A DNA stretch of 64,000 nucleotides. Origin: Tubiluchus corallicola. Lineage: Eukaryota > Animalia > Priapulida. Position numbers and translations under genes: made by a program. Of this stretch, positions 15,601 to 30,284 are shown piece by piece. How positions within the stretch are numbered: position 1 is the first letter of the stretch; each line of letters starts with the position of its first letter. The notes beneath the pieces are model-generated. The model had not been told where the DNA came from. It was given only the letters and a program-made list of their open reading frames with translations, and did not search any database. The DNA is taken from positions 160,067 through 224,066 of the forward strand of contig JAQGDQ010000380.1 of the NCBI GenBank assembly GCA_030141605.1. Reading direction: 5' to 3'.

Positions 15601-18600
15601 GGAAGATGTACTCAAAGGAATTACAATAACATTCTGCAATTTGACAAAATTTCCAGACAGGTAAGGAGTTATGGCATGCAATTAGAATTTTTTGTCTTTT
15701 ATCCTGTGGTTCTGCTTATCAAACTTGTTGGCAGACTATAATTTCAAAAATCATCAAATCTGATGGCTGGTTGCTTGACTACAGGATCCTGTTGCTATAG
15801 AATATTCACACCGATAACTTTACCATGTTGTGCATTTCTCCATTATTGGTCACAGTGGCGAGTCACTACTTTTAAAAGGCAAAGGACATAGAATCAACTG
15901 CAAATTTAGGTCAGTTTGTAATCAATTAGCAGATCATATCAATTAGTGATTGTACAGCAATTCAAATTTACTGGTAATCCCTTAACTCAATTTTTGTTCC
16001 TCCATCCTACGTTTTTGTCCCATGTAAAATAGCTACTGATTTCCGAGACACAGAAACTGGTCCCATCATTAATCCATCAGTCACTGCTTGTTTATTGATT
16101 CATGATAGACTAATGATAGTGAAACGATCGTCTAAAAATGAATATGGGCAGGCCAGTGTTTTTACAACATGCGAGCTAAGTAAAAATCTCAAAGGGTGCT
16201 GGTAGCCAAAAAAATCAGTTTGCCCGACGTATAAATCCGTATGAATCTACTAACAGATTGTATATATTTCAGGGCACTGGAAAAATTAAACGAAGTAGAA
16301 AACATTGACTTGTCAAATAATCAGATTGTGGATATAGACAATGATGACTTCTTGTCACAATTCTTTCCAAAACTGACGCATTTACGGTTGCAAAACAATC
16401 GGATAGATTCTATTGCACCGCAAGGTTTTATGAATGTGCCCTCACTTCAAAATCTGTACCTAAGTGGAAACCAGCTCACATCAATCCAGACAGCAACATT
16501 TCAAGGATTGCGCAATCTCCTATATTTGTGGTTATATGACAACCAGATAACGCAAATAGCCACGAACAGCTTTGGAGACCTTGTCGAGCTTTCTTACTTA
16601 TCACTGTCCCATAATCAATTGACTAACATGGGATTATCCGGAGGCGCTCTCGCGGGAATGCCCGAACTGGACATTTTCTACCTCGACAACAACCTCTTAA
16701 ACGATCTAAGTGGATCAGTATTTGCAGATCTTCTCGACCTAAAAGAATTGTACATTAGAAGGAACATCATCTTAAACATCTCGTACACTGATTTCATTGG
16801 TATGGACAGTCTCTATCAGCTTGACATTTCAAATAACCTGATTAGGGAACTTCCGGCAGACGCATTCACGAGCATTCCTAATCTCAAAACCCTCAGAATT
16901 AACAACAATTTCATCGAACCAGTTTGCCAAGGCGCTTTCAAAGGACTTGAACACTTGGACGTCTTAGAGCTAGCGGAAAACCGAATAATTTACTTGATGG
17001 AGAACGCATTTGAAGGTGTAGCAAAGCCAAGGCAACTAGACTTATCAGGTATTTGGTTACAGATATGATAAAAATTTATTTCACGACCATTTTCGTGCAA
17101 TTTAACATTACTGCTGATGGTTTACATTCACAAATATGCTTAACTGTCCCGTAAAGTAAACTAATGATATATTAGCATAGATAATTTTTGACATCCAATA
17201 CCAAGACAGCATCCAGCATTCAAAAGAAGGAGCTACTTAACCTAAACAGTTAAACTGATATTGAAGCCTACCGGTTAATAAATATCAGGTGAGTTACTGA
17301 CCTGGCACAGGTGCCTTAGTTGTGTTCAATAAAAGTAGCTTTCCAAACAGTCACACATTTATACATTGACTAAACTGGGCCATTAATTTTGATTACCAGA
17401 CACACACATGACCACTCAGCTATTCACTCGCTTGATGAATTTCTAGCACTAATGCATACGATAAGTTTGATAACACAAAACTAGCAAGTGATGGGGAAAT
17501 CAAATTCTTACGGCGTGTTCAAACTAGAGAGTTTTCTAGCAAGTGTGAACGGCTTTGTGGGTTCTCTCGGCAAGTTATTGCAAACTCTCCGAGAGTTGCT
17601 GTGAGTTCTCTTGCAAGTTTCTTGTTGACAAGCTCTATTCACTGCGAGAACTCTCAGAGAAAACTCTCGAAAAAAACTCTAGTCTGAATGCATATTTAAG
17701 GAGAAATTATCTGGCAGCACCTGCTTGTGCAAAGACATGGCTATTTATTCCAACACAATCATAACATTTGGATCTATCTCCATGATTGGCTGCCAGTTAG
17801 CGAGAACGGCAACATACAGTTTCCGTGTACTGTACTGTACCAACCGTAACATTGTCATGATCACGCATAATAGAAATATAATGAATAAAAATTAATATTG
17901 AGGTCCAAAAATTTATATTGCAAAAGCAAACAAGACAATTTCTAAATAGTAAACTTACAAACAGTATGCTGCCAAACAAATTTACAAATATCATTTAAAG
18001 ACAATCAGCATTTTATCTGTTTGTATTCATTTGCTTTACAGGTAATCCAATCATGTGTAACTGCAACAACGAATGGCTTGCAAATACCACAAACATTCTC
18101 GGAACCTGTGAAGGACCAGAATGGCTGGAGGGACTGGAAATACAGAGTCTTCCTTTCTTTTTATTCCTCTGTTTAGATCCAGAAGATGACATAACCGAAC
18201 TTGATTACTGCCATCCGGAGACTATACCACCGACCCGTCCTACGCCGAGGCCGACTGATCCTAATTACCTTTGCCCAGATGAGGAAGAGATACCTCATTG
18301 TCATTGTACACCAGGTTTCACTGGCATTTCTATGCAATGCAGTGGAAGCGAGTTGACTGTAGAAGTCCTCCAGGACCACCTTGGAAAAGTTGGTCCAAGC
18401 ATTGAGTCCCTGCTAATACACGACTGTAACATAAACACTTTACCGAATTCACTTTTTGTGGGAAAAAACATATCATTCTTATCAATTGTAAGATGCTATG
18501 TTACTAATGTTCAGTTGAACGCTTTCGCTGGACTAGAGGACTCATTAGAGCTAATTTCGCTGGCTACTAATAAGCTAAATAGTGTGCCTAGCACTGCATT

Positions 18601-21459
18601 AAGATCTCTGAGAAAGTTAACTAACATTGATCTCTACGGTAACGGTATTGAAACCATATCAACAGCAGACTTTGCTGGATTTCAGTGTGCAGAAACTTTA
18701 AAAACAATGGGTCTCCATGACAATCGAATAAAACAGATAACGCGCGGTGCTTTTAGCCCATTCACGGAACTTCTTCAGTTGTTTTTGCATGGCAATATCA
18801 TTACCACTCTAGAGACAAGAGTATTTGAAGGTCTTAATTTACTTGTACAACTGACACTGAATAAGAATACCATCAGTCAAGTTGAAGTAAACGCTTTCCA
18901 AGATTTAGAAAACCTTGAATTTCTTGACTTAAAAGATAATCAGCTCACAGACGAAGGTCTCCCGCTTGGTTCACTGGACGGCTTAATTGACCTGAGTACG
19001 CTGAGTCTGGACAACAACAAATTGACGGATATAAATGCGGAAGTTTTCCGCCACATGAGTGATATACATGTTCTGTCTGTCCAAAATAACCTCATTGACA
19101 ATGTCTGGTGGGATGATTTCATTGGCTTAGAAACATTGAGTTATCTGTACTTGTCTGGAAACCAGATTGAATCAATTCCAGACGGAGCATTTAGGGAACT
19201 TCCAGGAGTGGAATTTCTTTGGCTTGACAACAACCGGATCCGCCACATTTGCAGAGATGCTTGGAGGGGCATGTCTAGCTTATGGCGCGTCGATCTTGCA
19301 TCGAATCTAGTTCAGCATTTGCTCTACAATACTTTTCCAGAAGACGACCCCACAACACATATGCCTTTCGACATTCATTTAACAAACAACCCAGTCGAAT
19401 GTGACTGCAATCTGAGATGGATTCATAACTATCCGAGCCTTACAGTACACGGAAACTGTATGTTGCCATTCTCGCTAACTGGTCAGCCAATCATGGAGGT
19501 AGATCCAAACGTTATGATTTGTGAATGCACTGTCCGAAGTTGTGATATGTCTGATATTGACATATGCATAGGTCCTCCAACTTGCCCACCAGCTGATACA
19601 ATACAACCGTGCTACTGCGAACAGATCGGCTTCGGTAAAACACAGATTAACTGTTTCGACGCAAGTTCGTTTAGCATCTACAATGCACTAAGTAACGTAG
19701 AAGGTCCAGTCGAAGAAATACACATTCAGAAGTCAAACTTGAATCCGCTAATGGGAAATGCATTCATCACATTGCAGGCAAAGTCAATACGGATATCAGA
19801 CTCTAACATTGCAATTATTGACGATGCCGCCTTTGCGGGTCAAGAATACAGTTTGGTGAACCTGACACTTGACTCTAACATGTTAAGATCAATTCCAAGG
19901 CATGCAATAAACAGTCTAGTCCAGCTGGAACGTCTTGACTTGAGCAAAAACGAAATCACAAATGTGGTACGAGATACAGCTGAAATTAAAACTGAAAAAG
20001 CGTACGAGAGTTTGCACACTCTCGTCTTGGCGTACAACTTAATAAACGACATTCCAACAGATGCATTCAGTTCAATGAGTGCGTTAGAGGAAATTAATCT
20101 AGAACACAATCAACTAACAACGATTCAAAACAGATACTTTCAAGGACTCATTAACTTAGAAGTGCTCAATCTTCGATATAACTATTTATCCACACTTGAG
20201 CAGTTTGCGTTTCAAGGCACTTATAACCTAAAGTATCTAGATCTCGGAGTAAACCAGCTAAATGCTAACGGACTGTCTCCGCAATGTTTTGCGAACCTTC
20301 AAAACCTAGAAACATTGATACTGGGTGATAATCGCTTCAGATCTATTCCCGCCGACACGCTGACGCCATTGCTGTCACTTCAGACGCTTGACATATCGTA
20401 TAATCAAATATATACCATACCGGCCCATTCCTTCGAGGGCCTGAGATTGGTCAAATTCATCGACTTGTCTAATAACGTGATCCGATTTGTCTGCGAAAAT
20501 GCTTTTGTTGCTGAAGCTGGACTAGATAATTTGCAAGAGATAAACCTGGCCAATAATGACTTGCAGCACGTAATAGAAAACACCGGAATAGCACAAACAC
20601 CAGTTGAAGATCTGATACTGCGAGGTGAGTGTTTTTTCTAGTTTACTGTATGAAAGTCACCTTTCCTTCTTCCTATCCCTAATCTTACTATTTTTTCAAT
20701 TCCATCATTTCTACTAACCCTAACCATTCTTTCATTCACTCATCTTCCCCTCCCTTCCTTCTTCCTATCCCTAATCTCACTATTTTTTCAATTCAATCAT
20801 TTCTACTAACCCTAACCATTCTTTCATTCACTCATCCACCCCTCCCTTCCTTCTTTCTATCTCTAATCTTACTATTTTTTTCCATTCCATCATGTCTACT
20901 AACCCTAACCATTCTTTCATTCTCTCATCCACCCCTCCCTTCCTTCTTTCTATCTCTAATCTCACTATTTTTTCAATTCCATCATTTCTACTAACCCTAA
21001 CCATTCTTTCATTCACTCATCCTCCCCTCCCTTCCTTCTTTCTATCTCTAATCTTACTAATTTTTTTCCAGTCCATTATGTCTGCTAACCCTAACCATTG
21101 TTTCATTCACTCATCCTCCCCTCCCTTCCTTCTTCCTATCCTTAATCTCACTATTTTTTTCCAGTCCATCATGACTACTAACCCTAACCATTCTTTCATT
21201 CACTCATCCTCCCCCCTCCTTTCCTTCTTCTTATCCCTAATCTCACTATTTTTTCCATTCCATCATGTCTACTAACCCTAACCAATCTTTCATTCACTCA
21301 TTTGTGCCACCTTAACAAGCCAAGCTTTCAATGTGTCATACAGCAACTCTTTTATTTGGTTAATTTGACTTCATCAACGTTTTTTACCTATACTGTTTCT
21401 TTTTGCTTCAATAATATTGTATGTTGATGTATTGTATATGTATTGCTGGAGTGAAATAA

Positions 21460-21497
<38 letters not shown>

Positions 21498-24400
21498 GCT
21501 GAAATGGACATTTGCCAGTTTTGTTAAAGAACAAAATATAAGTCGCATCATAATAACGATAGATAATACTGAGTTTTCATTGAGTTTTAAAGACAAATTG
21601 AAGCAGTCGAGCCCCCCAAAAATGGCAATTTTTTCTAAATGTCACAGCCTTAGTAGTTTCACACCTGTAACCGCATCTGTTAAGTAAAAACTAGTGCACA
21701 GTAGCTTGCGAAGTGACGATGTAATTAAAATGCTAAAGCTCAAAAAATGAAATATGGTAACGCCTAGCTCCTAGAATAACATCTCAATTTTTCAACATTA
21801 ATCACTTAAAAAATTATCTAAATTAATCTAAATGAATTACTATTCACCCGCAAAATGCTGTAGGCTGCTTGGTCATTTCTCCCTTAACAAAACAGAGATT
21901 TATGCTTTCATATTTGCATTTCCGACTTGAGGAAATTTAGAAGTTGTAACATAAATGGTAAAATGTCTCTAGCTCTGTAAGTAATTTTCAATTAATTTAA
22001 TTATTTAATTCTTAAGTAATTAATCAACGAAGAAGTAATTAATGAAAACCACTTGCTGTTTTTCGAGTTATTTTACTTTCTTTTGTAAGAAGAAGTTTGC
22101 TAACGTGTACATCTGATCTCTGGAGCTAATGTAACTCATATACTTTCAGGCAACAAAATTATCTGTGACTGCAACTTACTGTACGTCAAGAACAATGCGA
22201 TGATTGTTCCATGGGGCACATGTGATGAACCAGAGGAACTCAGTAACTTTCCAATTGATTATGTTCCGAAGGCACTCTTCGAGTGTTCAGACGTATATCC
22301 ACCAATTTGTAAGTTTTTATATGTCAATAGATAGTTACATTAAAATTACTGATCAGCTAATAAAAAAGACGAAGTTTTTTTGTCTATAAATACATACGCC
22401 ATACTACTTTTTAGCAGGTGATTAGTCTTCTTGTCTATAAATACATGTAGCATACTACTTTTTAGCAGGTGATTAGTCTTCTTGCTTCTTGTCTATAAAT
22501 ACATGTATCATACTACTTTTTTAGCTAGTCACCATTCTTCTTGTCTACAAACACATGTAGCATACTACTCATTTTAGCTGGTGACCAATGTGATCTGGTG
22601 ATAACAACGCCTACAATACCAACTTCACCAGCTACTGGGCCCACAACGACTACACTGCCTCCGGGCCAATGTCCACCCGACTACCTGCTGCTGCCTTGTA
22701 CATGTACAGAGCTAACAGGAACGCAACAAGTCAATTTTACGTAAGTGGTTTTATTGCGACATAAAAAAATACGTCGTCGTAGTCACCGTCATCGTCATCA
22801 TCACCACCATCATCATCGTTGTTGTCGTCACCGTCATCGTCGTCGTCATCATCATCGTCATCACTGTAGCCTGTCATTTTTATACAAATAATACAAACAT
22901 GCTGTCATTGACGCATTAGTGTCATTTATTTATGAAGTTCTAGAAATGAGCTGAACAGAAAAATCTCGATCGAAATGATGTTAGCGCCAAAAACGTAAAA
23001 CCGGACCCAATCTTAAACTGTAGTTCAAAACAATCTACTCTTTAAAATATTGAAAGGAAACATACCATTTCTTCAAAAATAACTTACGTGAAAGAATTAT
23101 TACCACACAAACATAATTTCACGTTCGTGCCACTAGTTATTCGCTGTTACACGCATTTCGCCATTCGATAGTTAGACGGGCACTAGCGCCTGCATTTCGG
23201 AAACACATTGCACAAAAAACAGGTGCTGTGCCTCTCAGTTCAGATGTGTTAGTTTCTGACAAAGTATACACGTTCGACAGCTCGCGCATGAGCACAGTGG
23301 TAAACTTGAAATTTGCTGTCTTATCTTAATCTTAATCTTAAAACTTTTATCTTAAATCTTGCAAAGTTTCAGCACAACACACTGAATATCTTACAGTAGC
23401 ACTGCACTTCAATTTTCACTTTCTCAAACACGTGCAACACGCTCGTGAAATACTTTTGCTGTTGAAAATTATGTTAGTTTGTGATGTCGTCAATAGTTTG
23501 GTTCGCCCGCCGTTAATTAAGTTTTTAATCTATTATTTAATTATCAGAAACGCTTTTGCAGTATTAATTGTGTTAAAATGTATACTTTTCATCGGACTTG
23601 AAATTGTAGTAACATACGAAAAATTGTCCTGTTTTCCTTTTAAGCAAATGCCACGCGTTTATCTAACACTATGACGTTTGTTCAATCTATACATTTGCAT
23701 TTATAAAGGTGTGAAGGAATTGAGATTGATCCAGGCGACATCTTTAGGGCTTTGCAGTACATAACATCACCAATCCTATACTTTGAAGTCAAACAAGGAA
23801 TTTGGACAAATATAGACAGCTTTTTCTTCATCGGAAAAGAAATTAACACCGTGTGGATTCACGAAAGGTGACATGGTGTTTTCCTCATAAACTTGCTTTC
23901 AGTGACACTTACATCTCAAAAGCAATTTTCACAGTTGTTGCTAAATGATACTACAAATTGCAACACGTGTCGGTGCCCTAGAGCGCACTGCACATGCGAA
24001 ACATAATGCATCTGTGATAAAATGCAAACGCTCGTTCTTGCGACGGACATTGAAAAAGTTTTTATCAATTAAAAGTGCTATAAAGCTAAAAACGTGTTCA
24101 CCCAGACATCCGGAATGTGTTATGCGTAATGCGTACCATTGGCATATAAAAATCTTATAGTCTGATAATCGCATGCATTGAAAACAGCGCAAAGAAATTT
24201 TTGCACAATAGCGCACAAACAATAACGCACAACGCATTCCATAGTATGGTAAACGCTGGTGAAAACCACACTTAGGTCGACTTGCGACGCAACGCAACTC
24301 GCCTCAACTGGCGGGAAACCAGGTCGACTGCGACTGATCTCTAGCGACTAGGAACATACGAGTTCCAGCAACTTGCAACACTGCTCAGGCTGGCGATGAC

Positions 24401-27400
24401 TGACTAACCCATAAGCATCAGCGAACAATACACAGGTTGCTACGATCAACCCATAAGCATCAGCGAACAATGCTCAGGCTGGCGACGACTGACCAACCCA
24501 TGAGCATCAGCGAACAATGCACTTTGCTACGATCAACCCATAAGCATCAGCGAACAATGCTCAGGCTGGCGACGACTGACCAACCCATAAGCATCAGCGA
24601 ACAATGCTCAGGCTGGCGACAACTGACCAACCCATAAGCATCAGCGAACAATGCTTACGAACAATGCTCAGGTTGCTACAATCAACCCATAAGCATCAGC
24701 GAACAATGCTTACGAACAATGCTCAGGTTGCTACAATCAACCCATAAGCATCAGCAAACAATGCTTAGGTTGCTACGATCAACCCATAAGCATCAGTGAA
24801 CAATGCTCAGTTCGCTACGATCAACCCATAAGCATCAGCGAACAATGCTCAGTTTGCTACGATCAACCCATAAGCATCAGCGAACAATGCTCAGGTTGCT
24901 ACGATTAACCCATAAGCATCAGCGAACAATGCTCGAATTGCTACGATCAACCCATAAGCATCAGCGAACAATGCTCAGGTTGCTACGATCAATGGAACTG
25001 GGTGGATACCGTATGCCACGAGTAGAGCTTACTAATGTCGAGTATGGCATGCGCAACTCGCTCGAAATGAGTTGCGTCGTAAGCTTACTAACGTATGCCA
25101 CGAGCAGAGCATGCTCAACTTGCTCAAAATGAGTTGCGTCGTAAGCTTACTAACGTATACCACGAGTAGAGCATGCGCAACTCACTCGAAATGAGCTGCA
25201 TCGTAAGCTTACTAATGTATGCCATGAGTAGAGCATGCGCAACTCGCTCGAAATGAGCTGCGTCGTAAGCTTACTATCGTATACCACGAGTAGAGCATGC
25301 GCAACTCGCTCGAACTGAGCTGCGTCGTAAGCTTACTATCGTATACCACGAGTAGAGCATGCGCAACTCGCTCGAACTGAGCTGCGTCGTAAGCTTACTA
25401 ATGTCGAGTGAATGTATTCGAAATTAGCCGCGTACCCTATGCCGCCGGTCGCCAAGTCTACAGTTGATCTCAGTTGCGTTCCGTCGCGCAGCTTGACCTA
25501 AACCTGCCTTAAAATTGTTCTGAATGACCGCAGGTCTGTGATGTAATTATATAATTAGATATCACACAAGCTGTTAGAGCAATCAAGTGTAGGAGATGCA
25601 AAGAAGTTCATAGTTGTTTAACATACCTGATTTTGCTCAGTAGCAAAGCAGAAGTTAAGACTTGTTCAGTTTCCTAGAACTGTTTCACACATGAAATGCT
25701 ACTTATTTGCCTAATCAAAGATTGAGTCTTGAAGCATTTTACCATTTTTAGTAAATCAAATATCAAAGCAGAAGTTAAGACTTGTTCAGTTTCCTAGAAC
25801 TGTTTCACACATGAAAGTCTACTTATTTGCCTAATCAAAGATTGAGTCTTGAAGCATTTTACCATTTTTAGTAAATCAAATATCAAAGCAGAAGTTAAGA
25901 CTTGTTCAGTTTCCTAGAACTGTTTCACACATGAAAGTCTACTTATTTGCCTAATCAAAGATTGAATCTTGAAGCATTTTACTATTTTTAGTAAATCAAA
26001 TATCAAAGCTCCGTATATCAAAGCAGAAGTTAAGACTTGTTCAGTTTCCTAGAACTGTTTCACACATGAAAGTCTACTTATTTGCCTAATCAAAGATTGA
26101 GTCTTGAAGCATTTTACCATTTTTAGTAAATCAAATATCAAAGCAGAAGTTAAGACTTGTTCAGTTTCCTAGAACTGTTTCACACATGAAAGTCTACTTA
26201 TTTGCCTAATCAAAGATTGAATCTTGAAGCATTTTACTATTTTTAGTAAATCAAATATCAAAGCTCCATATATCAAAGCAGAAGTTAAGATTTGTTCAGT
26301 TTCCTAGAACTGTTTCTCACATGAAAGTCTACTTATTTGCCTAATCAAAGATTGAATCTTGAAGCATTTTACCATTTTTAGTAAATCAAATATCAAAGCT
26401 CCATATATCAAAGCAAAAGTTAAGACTTGTTCAGTTTCCCAGAACTGTTTCTCACATGAAAGTCTAACTACTTATTTGCCTAATCAAAGATTGAATCTGA
26501 AATAATTTACTATTTTTCAGTCGTGTTCAGGAAATTTCGATAAACGCGTTCAGTGGTCTCAGTGGTTTAAAAAACCTTTGGCTGGAAAGGAATATAATAA
26601 GTGCAGTTCCTGCAGTGGCTCTATCACCACTAACGGAAATAAGTCATCTAGACCTCTCCGGAAACAACATCCAGCAAATTATTTCAACAGATTTTGGATT
26701 TTTCCCAGAAAATAATGATCTGCAGGTATGGTCAGAAGCATGGATTACGTTTTTTTTACTAATTAAGATGATTTGTAACTATTACAATCTCTTCAGTATA
26801 TAACTAATGTTTCAAATGAAATCTTGTTAAAACTGAAGCTGATTAACGAGCCATGGATAATTTTGCAGAAAGAACACGTGTGTCGAAAGAGAAAGGATTT
26901 GAAACACATACAGCCTGGCATTCCTGGATAAACGAAGCCTTTTTAACACCATATATTAACTTGGTTTAGATTTGTGAATTGTCATTCTAACCTGATGTCA
27001 TTCTTGAGTAAGATCATCCAGGAAATGAAACTGCTTCTGAAATTGCAATATTCTGCCGAACTACATTGCTTCTGCAACCGCAGTACTCTGACGATACTAC
27101 ATTGCTTCTGCAATCGCAGTACTCTGACAATAATACATTGCTTCTGCAACCGCAGTACTCTGACAATAATACATTGCTTCTGCAACCGCAGTACTCTGAC
27201 GATACTACATTGCTTCTGCAATCGCAATATTCTGCCGATACTACATTGCTTCTGCAACCGCAGTACTCTGACAGTAATACATTGCTTCTGCAACCGCAGT
27301 ACTCTGACAATAATACATTGCTTCTGCAACCGCAGTACTCTGACAGTAATACATTGCTTCTGCAACCGCAGTACTCTGACGATACTACATTGCTTCTGCA

Positions 27401-30210
27401 ATCGCAATATTCTGCCGAACTACATTGCTTCTGCAACCGCAGTACTCTGACGATACTACATTGCTTCTGCAACCGCAGTACTCTGACGATACTACATTGC
27501 TTCTGCAACCGCAGTACTCTGACGATACTACATTGCTTCTGCAACCGCAGTACTCTGACGATACTACATTGCTTCTGCAACCGCAGTACTCTGACGATAC
27601 TACATTGCTTCTGCAACCGCAGTACTCTGACGATACTACATTGCTTCTGCAACCGCAGTACTCTGACGATACTACATTGCTTCTGCAACCGCAGTACTCT
27701 GACGATACTACATTGCTTCTGCAACCGCAGTACTCTGACGATACTACATTGCTTCTGCAACCGCAGTACTCTGACGATACTACATTGCTTCTGCAACCGC
27801 AGTACTCTGACAATACATTGCTTCTGCAACCGCTGTACTCTGACGATACTACATTGCTTCTGCAACCGCAGTATTCTGACAATAATACATTGCTTCTGCA
27901 ACTGCAGTACTCTGACAATACTACATTGCTTCTGCAATTGCAATATTCTTACGATACTTTCAACAGTATGATATCTGCACAATTCTTTGTGTTAATGGGA
28001 ATGTTATTGATTGGTTAAAAACAATTTGCATAAATAATTCTTATGAAAGCCGCTACTACATATTTGACAGAAAACCATTAATTTCAACTATTATAAATTT
28101 GTTACAGATTTTAAATATGGGGGGCAACGTAATATCATCAATAGATGATAACTCCTTCATCAAGCTCACACAAATACGGCACATTTTCCTTAATGGAAAC
28201 AGATTGCCAAGGATTGGTTCCGCAACTCTTAATGGCATGAGATATGCAATTGAGGTTGATCTTCATAACAACGAAATAACCGACGTCAGCGTAGACGCGT
28301 TTGATGACATGCGCTCGCAAGTTCGCAACATTCGTTTAGATAGCAATCGAATTCCCAATGCCAACCTGCCGTCTGGAACATTCGACGGTATGACAAGCTT
28401 GGAAGAATTGAACCTTAACTCAAATCTACTGATCAGACTGAATCCCGGCCTGTTCAATGACCTAGAGAAACTGACGACCCTTATGTTAAGAGGCAACGAA
28501 ATTTCTCAATGGATGATGGGAACGTTCGCAGGTTGTACCAGTCTGAGCACACTAGATATCTCAGAAAACAGGCTGACACAGATTGCGGCAAGTGTTTTAC
28601 AGCCACTCTCTGAACTGAAGTCGCTAGATGCCAGTGGTAACGAGTTAACGGACATTTGCCAGGACGCGTTCCCCGATGCTGTTCAGACGCTTCGGTTGGA
28701 CAACAATCTGGATCTTAAGCATGTACTCGAAAATACTTTCCAACAGTTGAACGCACTGCAACATGTGAACTTGGAAGGCAAGTATATATTTTGCTCTTCC
28801 AATACACAATGATGTCATTGTTATAATATAACCTCAATGGTTATCATATAATTGCATCATCTTATCCATCTAGTTAAACTAAACTCTCTACAATGTAAAT
28901 TTATAAGATTAATAGCTGATCTGCACAAGCGTGAGCATGTAGGTCTTAATCTTTTTAGGAATTATTCTATCCTAGTGCTAAATGATCTAATAAACCTGAA
29001 TACTGCTGTTTACATCTACAAAACCAAACATAAACTTCTCCCCGCTTTCTTTTTAAACCCATTATCTATTAACGTAAGACATTACTCAACAAGATTTAAC
29101 GAATTTCGTATTAAGTATTGCAGGATTGACGCGGCAAGGCACTTCATCACTAACACTGGCCCTAGACTTTGAAATAACATCAACGACTACATAAAAAATT
29201 CTTTATCTATAAATAACTTCAAAAGAAATCTTAAGAGTGAAATTTTTTCTAATTATACAGAATAAATCAATTTGATTAATTACGCTGCTGTCCCTGTCGG
29301 AATTCATCGCGATGCTGGCTATGTCAATTTTTACATTTCTATAGTTCATGTTACTACATACAGATACTATCACATCTTTCTCTTTCTTTCTATTCTCTAT
29401 TAACCTCTCTACCCCTTTACTGTTCTTTTCTATTACACTCAATCCTCATTCATTTGTGGTGCTCTGAACAAGTTTCATTGTGTGCAGGCGCAGTGGCTGT
29501 AGGTCAAAGGTTGTGTACCACAGCATTTTAATTATGACCGTCACGTGACAAGTGGGTAAAGCAAAGCCGTCTGCTGCACAAGTTCAGTGACTTCAGCTGT
29601 TTTACGTAGATTTTACTTAATTACACATTAGTCTGTGCGTTGAGTGATTTACTAGCGGGATCTTGATATAGTTGAAGTTCTAGCTATCTGTTAGAACTGT
29701 TCCTATTAAAACAGCATGGGCTGCGAGGTGTTGTCAAGTGAACACAAATGCGTTGTTTGGTGCACTTAACCTTTGACCTTTTCACTATCATCGTCATTCT
29801 CTGGAACTGTGAAAAGGCTTATAAGAGAATGCACAATGCATACCTATTGATAGATTTCCAAATATCGTAAGATTATTCTCTTTATGTAGAATGTACAAAG
29901 ATTTTTGCACGAATTATCGATAAACGGCACAACTGTTTACCAATTATTTACAAAACAGTTTTTTCATAGAAACTAATATATGGTGCGACTGTAACCTGAG
30001 ATACCTGAGGGAGAGAAGCATTGAGCTGGTTGGCACTTGTTCAGGTCCTGCAGGTGTACAAGGAACACCCATAAGTGATTTATCGCCCAATGATTTCGAA
30101 TGCGGCATAGTCGATCCAGAGATAGGTAAGATAATGATACAGTACTTAACAGTCTTTTTTTTCTTATTTTGGAAAAAATATATAATATATCCAGTTCTTC
30201 AGATGCAATG

Positions 30211-30284
<74 letters not shown>

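Noticed and set aside
11052-20109. Antisense ORFs over LRR exons (and + strand ORFs over the EGF exon)
   Set aside because: Shadow frames of the real coding sequence.
24380-25405. CRISPR-like appearance of the repeat arrays
   Set aside because: Head-to-tail units with no unique spacers, eukaryotic intron context, no cas genes.
26974-28018. Overlapping Cys-rich repeat ORFs on both strands
   Set aside because: By-products of a 36-bp minisatellite.
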